A stretch of 64,000 nucleotides of DNA from assembly GCA_012295275.1 (NCBI GenBank), contig CM022667.1, positions 6,510,001 to 6,574,000 on the forward strand, in the 5' to 3' direction. The position numbers and the translations under genes were made by a program. How positions within the stretch are numbered: the stretch's first letter is position 1; the number at the start of each line of letters is the position of its first letter. Below the pieces are notes generated by a model. That model was not told the origin of the DNA, ran no database searches, and saw only the letters and a program-made list of their open reading frames with translations. This DNA is from Chrysomallon squamiferum. Taxonomy: Eukaryota > Animalia > Mollusca. This document shows positions 47,220-64,000 of this stretch, in pieces.

Positions 47220-47493
47220 ATTTTATTTTTGTTTATTTTTGGTTGCTTTCTTTTTTTATTTATAGTTTCTGTTTATTTACGTTCGATTTTATTTTATTTT
47301 AAATCAATAAATAATAATTTTTAAGACGAGCTTGAAAAACGTTTTCTTCGTATTTTTCTATGAATTTACTTAACTGTACTGGTATTCAACATGCATTGTA
47401 AGCTATACGTAAATAACTAACAACTTTATTTAGTGAAATAAACTCACCGAACTTTGTTAAATGTTGTTGTTTATTTATATAAAAGCAAGAAAA

Positions 47494-47608
<115 letters not shown>

Positions 47609-48009
47609 ATAAAACTGATTATTATTGGGTGTTTCACCTCGCATTATGTCAAACATAACTATATTGAAAACAGAGCATACAGAAATGAATGTACTGTTAA
47701 TATTATTTAATGTGCTTTACAAATATAGATTTCTTCGAACACTTTAGTATTTTTAGTAGTACTCCATTTGACCGAGAACGATCAGACCTGTAACTGTTAC
47801 ACGCAGTAACTGTTTGAACATACAGCATTAAATTACTGTAGAGTAAAAACATGATAGATTAGACTGATTTTATTGTCTCCTTTAAGTATAAAATAAGAAT
47901 AGAAACTAATTTAAAAAAAAAAAAAAAAAAATTAAAAAAAATATAAATGTAATGGGGCAAGAAATCCATTACTGTGAAACAGAATTTATTTATTTATTTA
48001 TTTATTTAT

Positions 48010-54341
<6,332 letters not shown>

Positions 54342-54478
54342 TATGCAACATCACCTGTACCTTTCTCTTTGTTAATTTGATTTTAAACTAACCTGCATTA
54401 TGAGGTATCATCTGATGTTTCTCTTTGTTTTAAACTTTGGACAAAACGTGCGAACTGCACTGTGTGTTTAAAATCACT

Positions 54479-54612
54479 AATCACATCTCTCGTTACAAAA
54501 ACAAATAAACTGATTAAATTAACCAATCACATCTCTCGTTACAAAAACAAATAAACTGATTAAATTAACCAACCACATCTCTAATTACAAAAACAAGTAA
54601 ATTCGTTAAATT
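54479..54612. repeat. 46-bp tandem repeat, ~3 copies, between divergent genes F and G
   Basis: aatcacatctctcgttacaaaaacaaataaactgattaaattaacc at 54479 and 54525, with a diverged copy at 54571. Confidence 0.85.
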
Positions 54613-54661
54613 GCGTTTACAGAAACAACGCAAATTCTTTTCTTTCATGTTTTGTTTTGTT

Positions 54662-54710
<49 letters not shown>

Positions 54711-55478
54711 TTATTTTTTTTTTTATTATTATTTATTAGTTGTTATTATTTTTGTTTATTGTCATAGCTATTATTATGTTATGTTTATTATGCTTGTTGT
54801 TATTATAAATTTATTATTATTATTATTATTACTAAAGTATCAGTGATGGTAGTAGTCTTGTAGTAGTACATGTTATAACATTTCACTAAATGTTGGAATG
54901 ACTGTGAAGTTAGGTTAAAACAGACAAAAACAACAAATGAAGATGAGAAATAATTAGCGAAATCTCCGTTAACAGCCAATAAAAAAAACAAAAAAGAAAA
55001 CATGAAACGTGCAGAACGTGCCTTCTCTTCAGTGTTCGTGTTGTGATGTAGGTGAGGTGTGCACAAAACAAAAAACTCCTAGGATTATGTCAGAATATGA
55101 TGACGACAACAAGAAACAAACAAACACAAATAAACTGAATGCGATGAATTTCAAAGAGACTTAATCCTTTTTACGTCTTTGCAATTATTACTATTCTTAG
55201 ATTGTAATTGTAGGTTTGGGTGCAGTTATTAGCAAACAAAAGAAAGAAAAGAAGATAAACGTTTGAGAGATTTTTACGTTTCACACTCCTGTTCAGTATG
55301 AGTGCAGTTATCAGAATGAAAAACAAAATTAATAATAACAAAACACGCAAATAAAGAAAAGTGACAAAAGAGAAAAGAGACAGTTCAGCTGTTATTTCAT
55401 TTTGCTGCGTAATTTTTCTCTTTCCTTGTTTGGTGGATAAATAACGACCATCGTCGCACAGAGCAGTCAAAACACGAA

Positions 55479-59016
<3,538 letters not shown>

Positions 59017-60281
59017 TCTCAGGATAATCTGTCACACATCAGTGCACACACTGACTGGATCCTCAGACACATGGACGACTTTTAATCTCAGGATAATCTG
59101 TCACACATCAGTTAACAGCAAATAAATTTCGTCACGAAGCAAAGTAAAAACCGATTATAAATTTTACAGTTTCCATCAGCCTCTTCATCCAAGTTTGACC
59201 TTTCTCAACAGAAAACTTCCAGAATTTTTTTTTTCTAAATATATTTTTTTTTATTTATTTATTTTCTTAAATAATAAGTCAGTTTAGTCATGTAATTTAC
59301 TATTTCATATCAGCTTCTGTTTTGAGAACAATAAATACTTAAACAAAATGTCAACATTATTCATGAATTCGATTAATAAAGACATTTCCTTCTAAACAAG
59401 GTTTACTTTTGTTTTCTTTTCTTCTAATTCTTCTTTTTATCATTATTATTTTTTTACTTTTTATTATCAATACTATTATTATGTTGTTGTTGTTGTTGTT
59501 TTAACGTGAATATAACAAAGCAGTAGAAAGTTCTGAATCAAGCAGATTTCAGGATCAAATAGCGACACGTGAAATACCTTTTTATTTTTGTTGTGATAAT
59601 CAAGTTAGTTACTAGTCTGGCAAGTCATCATCATACTGTTATTCATATACATGTGATATATTAAGTAATCTTTTGAGTGTATCGTTACATATAATGTAAA
59701 ATTTAAAAACATGACAAAGTAAATAAACTTTAACAGTTTGATAGGTTTTGGTGGGTATTTTGTTCAGACTTCAGCTTGTCAGACATATTAAACATTATTA
59801 AAACAAACCAGACACAAGAGATGTGTCGTTATTCACACAGTCAAAGCCAGTCAGATGTTTACGAAATTATTAGTATTCATTACGAGGATACGACTGAGGT
59901 TGTGTGTGAAAACAGAAACATACACACTCGTATCAGAAATATCAGCTTTCAACGTGCAGTTAATCTAAAATAAAACATTCAGAAAATATCTGTGTTGATA
60001 TTTATCTTTATTATAAAAATAGCTGAAAAAAGCATGAATAATTTTTTTTTTTAAATCTTTTAAAATATCGTGTGGAACAGCATTGCTGATGTTAATATTG
60101 TTCTTCTTGCTTTAATTCTTATACAGTTTTAATAGTGAAAACGTGATGTTTGAGTTTATATATATGTTTGAATGTTTATGTGTCTGTGCGTGTGTGCGTA
60201 CGTGTGCATGTTTTAAGTAAAGAAAACAAGTTTTTAACAGTTCCAGTCGGATAAAAGGTCCAAAATAATAATAATAATAAC

Positions 60282-60321
<40 letters not shown>

Positions 60322-60340
60322 TAATAATAATAATAATAAT

Positions 60341-60371
<31 letters not shown>

Positions 60372-60458
60372 TCATAATAATAATAATAATAATAATATGA
60401 TGATGATAATAATAACAATAATAACAATAATAATAACGATAATAATAACAATAATAAC

Positions 60459-60503
<45 letters not shown>

Positions 60504-60622
60504 GATAATAATAACAATAATAATAATAATAATGTAATAATAATAAAATATTTTGTGTTATACTAAAACAGTTGTTTAATTCACTCTCAGTAGTTGTTAG
60601 TTAATGATCGGCTATTTTCGGG

Positions 60623-63529
<2,907 letters not shown>

Positions 63530-64000
63530 TCTCGCTGTCTCAACGTGCAAAATCTCCCAATTTCTCTCTCTGCACCGAAATTCCTCAACTTTTTTTATTT
63601 TATTATCTTTTTCTCTTTTCACCTTGTTCAGCAGTGAAAGTGGTCTACTGTGATACACGTGAAACTCCTGTTTAGTAATTACGTATTCAAATCAGCATCC
63701 ACCTCCTGTACAAACAAACACGCTTTTAATTCAACTCAGTCTTTCAAAGAAATTTCTTTTGTTCGTGTTCTGTTTGTACATAGACGTTTACCCGAGTTTG
63801 AAGAGCACTCAGTCTAAAATGATCAAATCTTTGACGACTCAGATGAGACCAGGTTGAGTGTGATAACGGAGTGCAAACTGTCGCAGTCTGCTACACTTGT
63901 TAGTCAGAGGTAGTGTGAGTATTTACACATGTAAGCCAAAAAAAAATAAAAAATACGATTGAAAAAAAGTCTTGTCAATATTCGTGTGAAAATAGGATAC

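Noticed and set aside
54803-55066. MFSFLFFLLAVNGDF as the leader of gene F
   Set aside because: No phase-1 GT donor follows it; exon 54272-54341 provides a leader with a canonical phase-1 donor.

Overview
AT-rich, microsatellite-laden eukaryotic (invertebrate, plausibly molluscan or other lophotrochozoan; taxon inferred only) genomic DNA with intron-split genes that the ORF track mostly misses. Manual GT-AG exon assembly gives four main components. (1) A dispersed family of five single-Ig-domain genes in two subtypes: three apparently intact and two pseudogenes. The complete member reads signal peptide - V-type Ig - Thr/Pro micro-exon stalk - three transmembrane helices - basic tail. (2) A clear gigaxonin (GAN/KLHL16) orthologue. 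(3) A two-exon gene for an 82-aa secreted six-cysteine peptide with predicted pyroGlu N-terminus and C-terminal amidation. (4) Three catalytically dead trypsin-fold serine protease homologues, two of them carrying N-terminal beta-defensin/clip-like six-cysteine modules. An intronic tandem array built from an amplified exon end and splice donor, several other duplicated splice junctions, and Tc1, MULE, hAT and Tigger relics are also present. The window looks like a candidate innate-immune or recognition locus. All gene models are manual predictions without transcript support.
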